DNA of 64,000 bases from Podarcis liolepis (taxonomy: Eukaryota). Both the position numbers and the translations under genes were made by a program. The stretch lies in the NCBI GenBank assembly GCA_965112155.1, contig OZ218107.1; one strand, written 5' to 3'. Below, one piece after another: positions 1-13,604 of this stretch (its first letter is position 1; each line of letters begins with the position of its first letter). The notes below the pieces were generated by a model. It was not told where the DNA came from. It did not search any database and saw nothing but the letters and a program-made list of their open reading frames with translations.

Positions 1-3000
1 GCTAAAGAGGTTAATTAATAGGGTAAATTGGATGACGGAATGCATGTTCATGAATGCAAGAGAGGGTTTGAATTTCTTAAAATCACTTAGATTATCAACA
101 ATTTGCATATCGAGTAGGCTGAAGAATCTCACAGAAAGGAACTTGAGTTCTAACTGAATAAGTAATAGTCTTAGATAGGATATTAGGAAAGGGGGGAAAG
201 AACAAATGAGTAATGGGGGGGTGATTAAGATGCCATCTTAGACCAACAGTTCTTCACATTTACTGCATTTCAATTCAATTCAAAGGCAACAGAGAGGATA
301 CCATACTCTGTTAAGGTAAACCTTCCTGAGTCCCACTGATATCATTGGGGGAGATTTCAGTTTGTGCTTCACTGCCCCAATGATTTTGGCTGCATAGTGC
401 TCAGTGCAAGAACATTAGTTTGGGATGAACTGGACAAGTGAACCATAGAGAAAAGAAAACTTATGGGCTTACCGCGATAGCACTGCAGAACAAACAACAA
501 ACTCTATGTGAAGCAGTCAGTTTAAGAAGATTCAATGAAACAAAATTATTTTGTGTTATCTTTGTTCTCTAATTTTCTATGACATCAAATAAATATAATG
601 GCTTCAGGGCAGACATTTCCAAACAGTTAATGAGTAAGTTTAGCCTTATGTTCCTCTAACTGATCATTAACTGGCAGCAATTACCCTTCTTGTCATTTAT
701 TATTGCTTCATTACACCCAAATTGCCATACAGAATACTTGCTTAGTAGCTGGCATTTGAATCTAGGTTTTCATTCTTCGATAGCTCCAGTTCCAAAGGCA
801 TACCCTTCAGAAGACTTCAGATATCTTCAGTGACTGATCTGGAGTAACTTGGAGTAGCTTGCAGTCATTTCACCTCTATGCTTCTAGAAGAGGCATGAAG
901 GGAACTACTAAGAAAACATATTACTATGGGATATGAAGTAAATGTAGTAAAAATAACATAGGGAAAAAGCTACTTCTTCAGTATCAATAACTTTATAGCA
1001 GGCATGATGAACTTTTAGGCCTCTTGATGTTGCTGGACTCCAACTCTCAGTCCATCATCATAGGATAAAATTGTCTCTTCTCCTGTCCAGATCAAGATTC
1101 TTACATTATAGTTGTAGAGTGGTTGTCACTGCCAGGTAGGCTAGAGATTAGTGGAACCTTGTTGCTCCTGTAACACAAGAAACTTTGGGTGATAGCTGTC
1201 AAGGCGGGATTTGGGAGCAAGTCAACAATAACTCACAAGGTGTCAGTGAGGTTAATGCAAAGAAACCCAACAGGTTGGGCCTAGTGATCACAGCAACTCT
1301 TCCCAGTAGGTCTTGCCCCAATGAGGCAGTTGTGAGGACTGAAGGTCCCTGTCTTCCCACAGCTCCCTAAGTCCTCCCTCCTTCTGTGACCAGCTTCCCT
1401 CCTCCCTGGTCTCCCAGAATGTGAAGAGGGATGAAGAGAGCAGAGCAAAGAGAGACAAGATGAAGGAACTTCAGGTTGCCAGAGAAGGACCCAGGGGAGG
1501 AGGATACTTAGGGAACTGGGGGAAGGCAGAACAAGCTGGACAAGATCAGCTGAATGCTTTAAATTCATTTCCTTGGTAACCATCTACATCCATCATATGG
1601 TAACTAGTGATCAACACGGTTGTAGAACTTCCATATGTCAGCACAATGTGCAGTTATTGGTTGTTTTAAAAGTGGGGATATAAAACAGAAAGCAGGAAGT
1701 GATTCTCATCCTTTTCTGCATGTGGCCCTCTCAGACATGAGCAAAAACGATGACAGTTGTGACAGCTACGATGAAGACGCCATGTTGGGTAGAAACATAA
1801 GAAGACAAATCTGAGCCTCCTGTCACTCTCTCTAGTTCAGCTTATTTCTCCCTGTGCTGTTTTGCCACATTATTTTTAAGGAGAGCCTAAACAAGCCACC
1901 TAACTGAAACCAAAGAGTGATGGAGATTTAATGTTGGGAAGGCTAATGAAACATTAAAGACTTTTCCATTTGGAGTTATTATCTCGGTTTTTCTAAGTCC
2001 TAATTGATTATCCATGCATCTGATTTGGAATAAAAGGATTCCTTCTCAAACCTATAAATTATCAGCTAACCTTTTCACAGTCTTGTAATGAAACGAGTAA
2101 ACAATTCATATTTTGACAGATGTTACTCCCACATCACGTTGTTCTGTTGACTGCTAGTGGAAGTCGGGTTTCTTTGCTACAGTCTTTGCGTTTGGCAGCC
2201 CCCTCTCCAGCGCCATCAGTTTCATATTTCGGCATCTTTTGGTGGCTGCCACATACATGTCTGGGAGATGACACATCAACAGTCATAATGACACGCTTAA
2301 GTTGACACACAGAAGTGGCATCATTTGCAGAAGTATGGAGTGTGAACAAATCAATAATTTTGGGGGGGGGGTTTCTTTCATTTTAATTACATTTTGAAAT
2401 ATCCCCATGAGAATTTGTCAGCCTTTTGGGTGCACCTTTCTCCTAATATACCCATTTTTCTGTATGCAGTCATGCCCAGCGAACAGATTTTTCCAAAGCA
2501 CTTCCCCCTAATATAACTGTGTGTGTTATTTTGACTAATACAGACACAAACACATTTATTTACACTTTCCACTAATTTATGCATTTTTGTAAATGCAGTA
2601 ATTTCACTTGGCAACACTCTTTCTCTGTGTGAAAAGTGACAAATCTATATAACAAACCATATTTGATCCTTTTTTCAGAGAACAATTGCTCACTGGTACC
2701 TAGAAATGCCTCATTATAGCTTTGCTGCCTGGACGTGCTTTTCACTCTTCTGTCTTCTCAGCCTATGAAGCATTTCAGTTTCAGGGTGGAAATGGCGCAA
2801 CCATTATTTATTATAAAAATCAGGGCCTGGAGGGCAAACACCTTCCAACTAAGCTTAAAATATGTGAACGTCCTTATTTTAAAGTAAGTGATTACCTTGG
2901 TTCTTTGGTAAATCTAAGCATACATCTGGGATTAACAAAGCTGTTTTTCCTTTCAAGAAGGAAAATACCGGATGCCTTCTGTGTGCATGTATATTTCTCT

Positions 3001-3895
3001 GCAGCCAAATCTTGTGTTTATCTGCCACCCCCAGGGTTCTCTTAAAATCAACACTTCATTTCATAAGGGTGTTCTGAGGTAAGTACAATTTTTAATAAAT
3101 AAACACTCATCATCAAGTCCAGGAAGGAAATGAGGAAATATACACGTATATATTTCTGGCTATATATATATTTCAAATATATTGGTAGGCTTACCTATTC
3201 CAGAAAAGTGAGTCTCTTGCTAGATTTTGAGTTTGTGCCCAGTTAATTACTCATCAGCTACCCAAAATGATAAGAAATGTGAAGAGTAGCTGAAATCCTT
3301 TTCATGCTGAAGTGTTTCCAAGCCTTTATCATCAGAGCTGTCTTACAAAAACACGTTTGTTCTTTGTCTCATCCATCAAGCTAGTGCTAAGATTTTTTTT
3401 GTGCGTGTCTTAGACAGATTATTTTCTGTCAAGCACTCTGATCGATGTGACTTAACATCTGAATGAAGGAATTTTGCTTATGATTTCTTACGCTCCTGGC
3501 CATGGGGAAAGTCTCCTAGGGAGAGTAACGGATACGTCACATTTGGACACCCTGCCTTCAATGGGCTCATGGTATGCGATGGTCACTATGAAGAAAAGGG
3601 CCGTCTTTAGCATATGCAGCGCCAGGGTTTTGCCCAGATCTGCCCAGCAGCCCCAAACTTAGTTTAGCCTTGCCCAGAGCTGTTGTGAATGACAAGCGCT
3701 GCCACTGTGTGTGTGTTTAGTGGGTGCAGGCGAGGATTGTGCTGCTCTATCCCCCCACCTCTGCAATACTCCCACATTGTTGCAGTAGAAATACCAATAT
3801 TTTCCCTTTTGTTTAATTCCTCTACATTGCACCTAAATTCAAATGTATAAAGGAATCAAACCAAAGTAGGGGATTGAGACATCAATAGTGGCAAT

Positions 3896-4545
3896 TAGCG
3901 ATGGGGAAGGGGCGGTTGTCAATTCAGTTCACATTTAAAGGCAAAGTCATGTAATTCGCGCTTCTCAAATGAGAACCGAAACATATCCATCCTTCAGAAT
4001 TAAAAGTGTTGCAGATTTCACATTTGTCAATACAAAACTGCAAATGCTAGGGTAAAGTGTGCATAGAAATGCATATAATAGTAAAACTAGCATACAAAAA
4101 TGCATTTTATGTAAAATTGCTTTGCAAAAATGTGTATTTTAGGCAAAAGTGCTTACTGAAATCTGTATACAGTGGTGCCTCGGGTTAAGAATTTAATTTG
4201 TTCCGGAGGTCCATTCTTAACCTGAAACTGTTCTTAACCTGAAGCACCACTTTAGCTAATGGGGCCTCCCGCTGCCGCCGCACGATTTCTGTTCTCATCC
4301 TGAAGCAAAGTTCTTAACCCGAGGTACTATTTCTGGGTTAGCAGAGTCTGCAAGCTAAAGCGTCTGTAACCTGAAGCGCCTGTAACCTGAGGTACTACTG
4401 TATTTGGAAAAATTCTCACCAAAAGGCTAATGAATTTTAATAAGGAGTTTATTATTATTTTTTGTATGAATGTAGATAACTAAATTTAGGATTGGAAAAA
4501 CATGAAATTGAGTGAAAACAGAATGGGCATATTTGCCCATCCCTG
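3896..4545. mobile_element. Old non-autonomous DNA transposon-like repeat (TAGGGATG...CATCCCT-type ends), interrupted by a Tigger-like MITE
   Basis: Ends tagcgatggg / cccatccctg. Internal motifs (ttcagttcacatttaaagg, aaaatgtgtatttt, gaaattga...ccatccct) recur at about 33765, 47858 and 57100. Confidence 0.5.
4170..4400 (+). mobile_element. TcMar Tigger-like MITE
   Basis: TIRs cagtggtgcctcgggtta / taacctgaggtactactg with TA on both sides; same family at 8480, 43039 and 58531. Confidence 0.9.
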
Positions 4546-7303
4546 ATGACAATGCAGAGCGATTTCAGTGACAGTGGGAGACAAGAGGAATAACAGCAAA
4601 GGTCAAAAGCCTTTTCTTAGCTCATAACAACCTGAAATGCAATCAGTCCTGAGAGATGATTGTACACAGTTTGGAGCATAATACAAAGAGTTGCCCCGTC
4701 TCTTAAATAGTGCCCTGAAACCAATTTCTTCCACTGCTTTAAATGAAATGGATAAATTAATTAAAGGCTATCCATGACTTTACAGAACTCATTGATTAAC
4801 TAATGATAGTTAACAAGGCATTATTCAGTTCATGTCTCTGTAGTGCAAACAAGAAGGATTAAAAATGGAAAAAAATAACATAATCTTATATTTCCCCCTG
4901 GATATTGATTTGTGGAGCCCCAAGACTGTTCTGAAAATGATTCGTGTAGTCCATATCTGTCATGGAAACAAATGCATTCCTTGGGTGGCTGAGCAACATG
5001 AGGTGAAATGAATTCCTCAGAAACGCATTCCCTGAAGGCTCCTATCCATTACTGTTACAAGTTTGCAATGGAAATGGCTGGGTTTCTATGTAGAGGGCAA
5101 GATCAAATTTAAAGCCTTGTGAAAGATGCATTAGGAGGAGGGGAAACCTGTACAAATATAATATACACAATATATTAGCAGTGCGATATGGATGGAAATG
5201 AAACATCTATTTATTTAGGAAATACATGGAGTTTATCAACGTAAATGTGGAACAACTCAAATCAAAAAGTTAATCCAAAGAGAAATAAAGGTGAAAAATA
5301 AGGTGCAATTTGATGTCTGCATATAGCAAGGGAATTAGCACATTGCTATTCCACGTAAACACATAGATTGCAACTCCTGTGGCAGGTGTGATCACTATCA
5401 GTCAAAAGAACCATCCGCATCCAACCCCTGATTTTAGCCTAAACTCTTTCAAATGTCTGCTGTCTGCCCTTTCACGGAGCATTATGGATTATTATGGATT
5501 AATGTCAAAGCCTGTTGGTTTGTTATAAAACAGTATTTAAAGGTCGTCTTCTTCCATCTGCAGCATGTACTTCAAAGCATGTCTGCCTTCATTCAGGAAC
5601 CTGAGCGTTTTAAGAGGAATTCAAGCACGGGGCCATTCAGCAGTCCCCTGTCCCTTACCGAGACACTTAATGGATTAGTTAATCTTCTTTTTGCAAAAGA
5701 ATGGTGGTTTGGCATCATCTGCAGATCCAAAGTTACGGATCCAACTTGTACCACTGCAACAACACTATTCCTTCTAAGTGGTACCGCCACGTGTGATCAG
5801 CCCTGGGTGAGAGGCCTGTCTTGCCAAAGGCAAGGTGGTTCTTTCAAAATGAGATTCAGAAGCAATACAAAATACACAACTGAGTGAGAAGATTAAAGGT
5901 TTTATTCTAAAATGGCAAGCAATGTATACACATCAAGCAAGCACTTCAATCTGCCCCTTGGAAGCCCTCAAGAAGCAGCAAAGTGGCTCCCCCAGGTAGC
6001 CTCAGTTTGCATGGCCCATCCAGTCAGTCCATGCACGGGCAGCAAATAAACTGTCCAAACCATCCGATTTTATAGATAGCCTGTACAGCTTCCAAGACTG
6101 GCTGTGTCCATTAGCCAACCCCTCCCAATGCCTCACTTTCTCAAAACAATGTCCAGCGTCAAAGAAGGTACCCAGCATTATCCTCCACAACTGATGAAGA
6201 CAGCTGTGTGTGGGGCTTCACCTCCTCCCAACATCCTCAGGACATTAAAGACTGTTCTCACACCATCAAAAAACTTAAGAAGAGCAAGGGAGGGGGAAGG
6301 AACGGAGGCAGGAAGGACTCTGTGTTAGATCACTAACTCCTCGATACATTTTTTGTCTTCCAGATGCATTTCCCAAATAAGGCCCTCTATAGAAACATAG
6401 GAAGCTGCATTATACTGAGCCAGACCATTGTTCCATCTGTGCTATTGGCTTTCCCACCCCACCCACTGCAGGGCTGCATGCGACCCATGGTCTCTCTGAG
6501 GAATTCTTCCTTTTGAACTTCAACCCAGCAGCTCCTAGGATCTAGTTCAGCTAGTATTTGATTTAAGGCTATCACATGACCCTGGAAGATCTTGAACTGA
6601 AATAGTCTAGCAAATTCCATGTAGGTGTGTGGAAAATATTGAACACTGGAAATTGTTTTTCAGCATAAAGCTTCGTTCTGTGAACATGATTGGCACATTA
6701 CCGTTACATTCTATTGTACTTCTACCCCCCTCTCTCAAAAGAGTCCCACAGTTTGTGGGAAAGTCATTTGGCTCTACAACGTCTAGCTTAACTTTATAGA
6801 ACCCCCCTATAGTGTGATATTTTAAGATACTAACACCTTAGTGAAAAATTCCACTCTGCATGCCAAGACATGTTTAATAAATATAAACTGCTGTGCTTCC
6901 AAGGTATGTGCAAATTGTGAAACTGTATTGGCATACGATCCCCTAGGCAGAAACAGCCAGAAACAGCACTGGCAATATTATAGGAGTTCAGAGTGGGGGG
7001 AGAGGCGAGTAATGCCGTACCAAGAGGGGAATAGCTGACTTGATTAGCATCCCTTTAGAATAGATAGTGTTGAACTGTCGGTTCCAGGAAAGGATATTTT
7101 GGTCATGCTGGGATGGAATGTAACTCCCAGCTGATAACCTTCATTATACACCGACATCCTGGAAACTAGTTCTATGTCAGATTACCTTCTCATTTCCGAT
7201 AGATATGTTACTATATATAAAATGTCTGATGGGTCTTCTGAAGCATTGATTTCGATGGTTGTCAAGAGAACCTATTTTGGTCATGTTCACTAGTCATTAT
7301 AAC

Positions 7304-7514
7304 TAGGGTTGCCATATTTCAAAAAGTAAAAACCAGGACAACCCAAAAGTTGTTGAGCTTTTTTTTCTTTCAAAAATGCAAAACAACAACAACACCCCAC
7401 CTTATTTTTCGATTGACTTGCCTAAGATCCAAGACAAAGCTCCACCTTTCTGAAATCCTCCCCGGACGTCAATTTTGATAATGTCTGGGAAAATCTGGAC
7501 GTACGGTAGCCCTA
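7304..7514. mobile_element. hAT Tip100-like non-autonomous element
   Basis: TIRs tagggttgcca / cggtagcccta; the same 3' end (aaattctggacgtatggcaacccta) recurs near 41240. Confidence 0.7.
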
Positions 7515-7542
7515 TTATACTACTACTTCTTCTGCTGCTGCC

Positions 7543-7595
7543 TCTTCTTCTTCTTCTTCTTCTTCTTCTTCTTCTTCTTCTTCTTCTTCTTCTTC
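7543..7595. repeat. (CTT)n microsatellite
   Basis: Direct reading; it produces the poly-Leu in ORF 7475..7750. Confidence 0.95.
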
Positions 7596-8479
7596 ACCAA
7601 ACCTTTATTAGGCATTACAAATATAGGCCATCATACAACATCCATATATATATAATTTTAACTATTATAACTATTTTGGTGGTGGAAATGGCCACTTGGC
7701 AGAATCTACTCCAGTTTTTAAGAATTCTCGATAACTATATTGGTAGATAAAGCCACCAATATCCTAGTCATTGCACAAAACAGAATGACTTCTACTTGCA
7801 TCATGGAACTTCTCTTCCCTTTCCTCCCCTCCTGTGCCTGCCTCCCATAATCTGCTCTGGAGGTTGCCATGGTCATCCATACTAGTTTGGGGAGGGGCAT
7901 GCAGGAGGAAAGAGGGAGGGTAAATTTCACTGTATGAGCAATGCATTGTCCTGTTTTTGTAATGGTTTAGTTGGATTCAAACCATAGTATGAAAATGTAT
8001 TCATCAGGACCAATCAAAATCTCACCAAGTCATAAGCAAACTTTTAAGTCATAAGCAAACTCTTAAGAACCCTTCATCAGGCTGGGTGTCACTACAGATT
8101 TGTTTGTAAATCCTCTAATAGGCTAGGATGCAGATCTTGCAAATATATCTTCAGGTGTCCTGAGTAGCTCAACCATTACTATAATTGAATATTTTGAACA
8201 ATACCATGTAGAATGGTGATGCATGAAGAACAATGAGAAATTTGGTGAAACTAACCATCTTCTACTGTCTGCATTTTATGTTAAATCTACCCATTTGTTT
8301 GGGGAAGGTGTGCAATGGTGACATCTAGGACAAGTTTATATGCAGATTCCTGTAATTCTGCTTGTGTAAATGTGTTTTCAGCACTGGAAATAAAAACTAA
8401 CAACCTATGTGCCAGAAACAGCACAGGGTGGTGATTAAGATCACATCAAGCATTTTGAGCAGAAACCTGCAAGCGAGTA

Positions 8480-8699
8480 CAGTAGTACCTTGGGTTACAG
8501 ATGCTTCAGGTTACAGACGCTTCAGGTTACAGACTCCGCTAACCCAGAAATAGTACCTCTGGTTAAGAACTTTGCTTCAGGATGAGAACAGAAATCGGGC
8601 GGCGGCAGCGGGAGGCCCCATTAGCTAAAGGTTAAGAACAGTTTCAGGTTAAGAAAGGACCTACAGAATGAATTAAGTTCTTAACCCTAGGTACCACTG
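8480..8699 (-). mobile_element. TcMar Tigger-like MITE
   Basis: TA-cagtagtacct ... aggtaccactg-TA; reverse complement of the 4170 copy. Confidence 0.9.
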
Positions 8700-8956
8700 T
8701 AGAAGCAACATGGAATGAATCAACAGTGAGTCTTGGTCAAGGATTCCTGGTCAGCTTCCATGGAAAAGTTGAGGTCTTTGGTATGTTCTTTCCAGGAGGA
8801 CTGGCACATCCTTCTCTCATTTACAATATTTTCGATTTCAGAGTCAATCCCAATCTATGAGTGATAACTCCTAGCCAGTTCTTTGGGATGCATGATTTCA
8901 TGCAGCAGAGCCAAAAAGAATCAATGGCCACTTTCTGGAATGGCGCTACAACGCCC

Positions 8957-8970
8957 CCACTAGAGGGATC
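8957..8970 (+). promoter_or_regulatory. CTCF-like motif (weaker)
   Basis: ccactagagggatc versus consensus CCASYAGRKGGCRS, with 2 mismatches at the 3' end. Confidence 0.35.
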
Positions 8971-10230
8971 TCTATGTGTGGATAGCTTCTCCTGGCTTAC
9001 CTATGCAGCTTGCCTCACAACGGCTAATCTCGCCATTTGATCGGCCTGCAGAGATGGGTCTGGGAGGGCTTTCAACATCAAAACTTTTATTGAAGGTGGC
9101 ATTTCATAGTCTGGCATCTGTAGTGGCAGATGGCTTGGGGCATCATCATCAGCTATCATTGTCCCTGGCTTGCTGACAAGCTCGCAGTCACAGGCACTAA
9201 GCAAAAATAAATAACGCCAGCACGGCATGTGAAGTGACATAATTAAGTAGCATAGGCTTAACTTTGAGAAAGTATCTGAAAAATAATTTGTGCGATCAAT
9301 ACAAATCGCAAGCATGTAGCTATAGATGTAAATCGTCGATTTTCTGGACACCTGTAATAATAGCAGAGTGTTTTTCTGACACTTAACGTATAGTTATGTT
9401 TAGCGGGTGAAATGTTTCTTAAATATTAAGCAATTGGTGCTTCAGTCAATTTCCATCTTGAATTTACTGGTTCTCTTGTTGTCATTGTATATTGTAATTG
9501 ATGGGTTTGTAGGCCATCTTGAGTGGCTATTGTCAGAAAGACATAGATAATAGATTTAGTAAATTATAAGAAGGTGATTTCTAGTAGGCTTATTAATTTT
9601 GTTCTGCTGTAAACATTTCAGAGCCCTAGAGCTCCCAGTTGTGGACATTCTAAAGGTGATACCATTCTTGAAGCTCTCTGTAACCCGAGTATCACTATTT
9701 TATGGTTAATGCCGTTATACTTTGACCAGAGTAGCCACTTGCTATGGCTTTTCCATCTTGCAAAATGTACATTTCTCTCCTTTGACCCTGACAAAATTGC
9801 ATTGGTGCAGGATTATATATCTAGGCTTGTCAGCAGACATTGCAGGAAACTGTATTTCCTTTATACTGATGACCTGGTTGACAAGAACTATTATTTTAAC
9901 AGAATGCATTAAAAGTGTTTGCACAGCTAAGGCCTTTACTTCAGCAGGAGCAAGGGCTAAATATGTAACAGTGTTCAGACAGACCCACTCATAGTCTCTG
10001 CATGCAAGATAGACCAATAATATGTCACCTTAGAAATCGCCAGAATTGAAATGTCCAGAGAGACAAGGTGGTTCTGCAGTGTAGAGGGCAACTCCACGAC
10101 TTGGTGCATGGAAACAGCAGTGTACTGGAGCAGGGAAACAAGGAAGTGCAGCCCCAATACATTTTATACCAGGAATAATGATGTCATCTGCAGAAATGGT
10201 ATTTGCCAGTCGGTAGTTGTTGTAAGCTTG

Positions 10231-10840
10231 TTTTTTTTTTTAATTATTCAAAATTATAACAAGACATATTATCCAAAAACATATCATCTTTGTCCCCCCC
10301 CCCCCATTTTTCCTCCCTCCCACAAAAAAAACCACCCACCCCCACCTGGCTTCCCTCAGCTCCAGTCTTTGATTTCTCTGAGAATGCTGTTTTCCGCATG
10401 TTACAAAGTTGTATAGATCCTCAAACTATTTAGCTGATTATTATCAATAAAAAGTTTGTGAATGTTTATTCAAAACCTGCCAAGGAGTTCAGTTCGCTTT
10501 GTTGCGTCTTCAGATACTTTGTAAAGGGTTCCCATTCATCCTTAAAGTCACAGTTATCCTTGTCCCGTAGCTTATATGTCAGTTTTGGCAGTTCTGCATA
10601 GTCCATCATTTTTTCTTGCCATGATTCTTTAGTTGGGGTTTCTTCAGTCTTCCATTCTTGTGCTACCAGAACTCTTGCGGCCGTTGTTGCATACATGAAG
10701 ATGTTTTTCAACCTTTTTTTGCAGGTCTTTCCCTACAATCCCCAACTAAAATGCCTCGGGTTTTTTAACAAATGTTAAATGGAACATTTTCTTCAATACG
10801 TTGTAAATCATTTCCCCAATTTTTTTAATTACCTTACAAT
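10231..10840 (-). mobile_element. 5'-truncated L1-clade LINE (ORF2 C-terminus, 3'UTR, poly-A)
   Basis: ORF 10466..10711 contains FMYATTAAR..W..E.W..KMMDYAEL, homologous to the 23605 ORF; poly-T tail at 10231. Confidence 0.85.
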
Positions 10841-11028
10841 AAAACACTATTATGCTATAAATTGAAGTTAGCTATAAATTAAATTTATGCTATAAATCAC
10901 TGCTCTTTGGAGAGGGGATTCAATAATATATATTGGATCAACGCAGTTACCTGACTGTTTGGACTCTCCTTAAAAGGGTGGTTATGGGAGCTGTCACGAT
11001 GAGACACTTCATTTCAAAAGTTGCCACT

Positions 11029-11497
11029 TGTTGTTTAGTCATTTAGTTGTGCCTGACTCTTCGTGACCCCATGGACCAGAGCATGCCAGGCACTTCTGTC
11101 TTCCACCGCCTCCTGCAGTTTGGTGAAACTCATGCTGGTAGCTTCGAGAACACTGTCCAACCATCTCGTCCTCTGTCGTCCTCTTCTTCTTGTGCCCTCC
11201 ATCTTTCCCAACATCAGGGTCTTTCCCAGGGAATCTTCTCTTCTCATGATGTGGCCAAAGTACTGGAGCCTCAGCTTCAGGATCTGTCCTTCCAGTGAGC
11301 ACTCAGGGCTGATCTCCTTAAGAATGGATAGGTTTGATCTTCTTGCAGTCCATGGGACTCTCAAGTGTCTCCTCCAGTACCATAATTCAAAAGCATCAAT
11401 TCTTTGGCGATCAGCCTTCTTTATGGTCCAGCTCTCACTTCCATACATCACTACTGGGAAAACCATAGCTTTAACTATACAGAGCTTTGTTGGCAAG
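11029..11497 (-). mobile_element. BovB (RTE clade) LINE 3' fragment
   Basis: ORF 11035..11535 has the BovB C-terminus (KAMVFPVVMYGSESWTIKKA..RIDAFELW..RRRGRQRTRWLD..HGVTKS); (CAA) tail; TSD gttgccact at 11020-11028 and 11498-11506. Confidence 0.95.
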
Positions 11498-13244
11498 GTT
11501 GCCACTACACCACTGAATTCATATGTAACAACCATACAGTAAGCTCTTCATGTCACATTTTTAGTTTTTTGTGTTTTTAGGGGGAGGGCATGATAGAGGT
11601 GTAGATGATTATGATTGCAAGCTGCCCACAGACATCTGGCTAGCCACAGCTGGAAGCAGAATACTGGGTCAGTATAGGGCCAGCCACTGTTGGAAATTGA
11701 GTGATCTGAACAAGCAATGGTCTTCTTATCTTCTTGTGACTGCTGTTCACCTCTATGTGGTTTTGTATTTTCATTTTTTTAAACTACAACATCTTCATAG
11801 TTCCTGGCTGTGCTTAGACTCCCCTTTCTCTCATTCCTTTCCCTTCCAGACCTTCCTTAACCTCTTCCCATCACCAATTTAGCTGCTGGTGGAAAATATT
11901 GATTCATTTCAGACTTTTTTGCCACAGTCCTGGGGGCTTAGTGAATCAAAGTTTCATTTAAAACATGCAGTTTTATAGATCCATTTTAGATTTTTTTAAA
12001 AAAAATAAAGTAAAAATAAATACAGATTGCCTGATTTAAAAGAATAATCATGAATCAGACAAGTCAATTTCGGCAAAAGAGTTTGCAGGCCAATTCAGCT
12101 TTGATAAATGCCGCCCTTTGTTCCTTGTTTCAAGGACAATTTGTTTCCTGCTGATTCTACTGACTTTTAAAATTGCTGCACATACAATAAGGGAAGCCAG
12201 TGTGTTTGGACAGAGGGGTGGGGGGAATCTTGTGTTTATAACAAATGGCTCTGACTACTGCAAAAAAAAAAAAAAAAAGGAGGGGGAGAGCTCATACCAC
12301 ACATGAACATGCCCTTCATCAATATTTCATACTCGAAGAACTGGTAGCTTTTCCTCAAAACAATCCCAGCCAAAAATTAAGGATAATTTGAAAGATATTC
12401 TATTAGTCTGTCTTGTCCAGAGTAACAACCTCAAGTGCTGAAATGGCTTGTTAATTAGGGTAGGGCAACTTGTCAGAACAGCAGTGCAGTGAGGGGAAAA
12501 GATCGATGTCATCCTGGCTGGAAGTCCTGGAAGACCAGCTCCCTGGCTTGCAGGTTTTTTCCTACCTGTGCTGGGAAGGCAAGGCCCTGACTGACTCCAA
12601 CTACCAAGGCTGAGGCTGCTGAACAGACTTCAGCGCTGGGATAATTTTTGGAGTGGGTGGGACTTGTTCTTGCTGTTATTACTTTTCTTTGTATATTTTT
12701 GATCTTACTGTGATTTTTAATCTTACCATGAGTGTGTGCTCCATCTTCAATGTAACTAAAAGTGGAGGGGAGTTATTGGGACCTATAAAGCATCTCAAGG
12801 CAAGAATCACTGAATGACCTTTCCTCACCCTGCAATCACACGTTGGGGGAGGTTCTTCACCACCTATAATACTCATTCCCTATATGGCTTCTAGTGTTAG
12901 AAAATGGACCATAAACAATTTAAAAATAATAATAATAATTGAAGAATGTTTTATCCCAAAGGATATGGTTCTGCCTATTTACTTGGCATCATCATCCCAT
13001 TTAGTTGCAAAGTAAGGGTGTTTAGGATTGCAGTCTTTAGTTTATTGCCTGAACTAATGCCAGTCCTTGTACTTAGAAAAGATAAATCTAAGTTGAATCT
13101 AATGTGCTGATTAGAATCAATTTGATAAGATTTCTTCTACATAAATCCAAATGCTAAATGTACCAAATCAAAATCTACACAAACGCAAATATTCTTTACC
13201 ATTAATGATGCTTCAGGGGATGTATGGGGTGTAGTGCCTGTGGT

Positions 13245-13604
13245 GGGACGCGGGTGGCGCTGTGGTGTGAACCATTGAGCCTTGGGCTTCCTGATCGGAA
13301 GGTTGGCAGTTCAAATTCTCACGACAGGGTGAGCTCCTGTTGCTCGGTCCCAGCTCCTGACAACCTAGCAGTTTGAAAGCATGTCAAAGTGCAAGTAGAT
13401 AAATAGGTACCGCTCCAGCGGGAAGGTAAACAGCATTTCCGTGCACTGCTGTGGTTTCGCCAGAAGCGGCTTAGTCATGCTGGCCACATGACCTGGAAAA
13501 ACTGTCTGCATACAACGTCGGCTCCCTCGGCCAGTAAAGCGAGATGAGCGCCGCAACCCCAGAGTCGTTTGCGACTGGACTTAACTGTCGGGTCCTTTAC
13601 CTTT
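13245..13604 (+). mobile_element. Sauria SINE (full length)
   Basis: tRNA-like head gggacgcgggtggcgctgtgg with B-box-like gttcaaat; core gtgcaagtagataaataggtacc; BovB-derived tail ending ctttaccttt; TSD tagYRcctgtggt. Confidence 0.95.

Noticed and set aside
5453-5887. 144-aa plus-strand ORF
   Set aside because: No recognisable homology or exon structure.
5792-6333. Possible minus-strand solo LTR (tgtgatc...gatcac)
   Set aside because: The terminus is imperfect and no TSD was found, so support is insufficient.
7475-7750. Poly-Leu, poly-Ile, poly-Lys and poly-Arg ORFs (also 25883, 38034, 39637, 56141, 63195)
   Set aside because: These are translations of trinucleotide microsatellites.
9709-10416. 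Cluster of overlapping ORFs and a possible minus-strand AG...GT exon at about 10031-10187
   Set aside because: All three frames of the candidate exon contain stops, the peptides are unrecognisable, and the 3' part runs into an L1 tail.
13245-13330. tRNA-like A/B boxes (also 31002, 39460, 47480, 56376)
   Set aside because: These are SINE heads with no complete cloverleaf.
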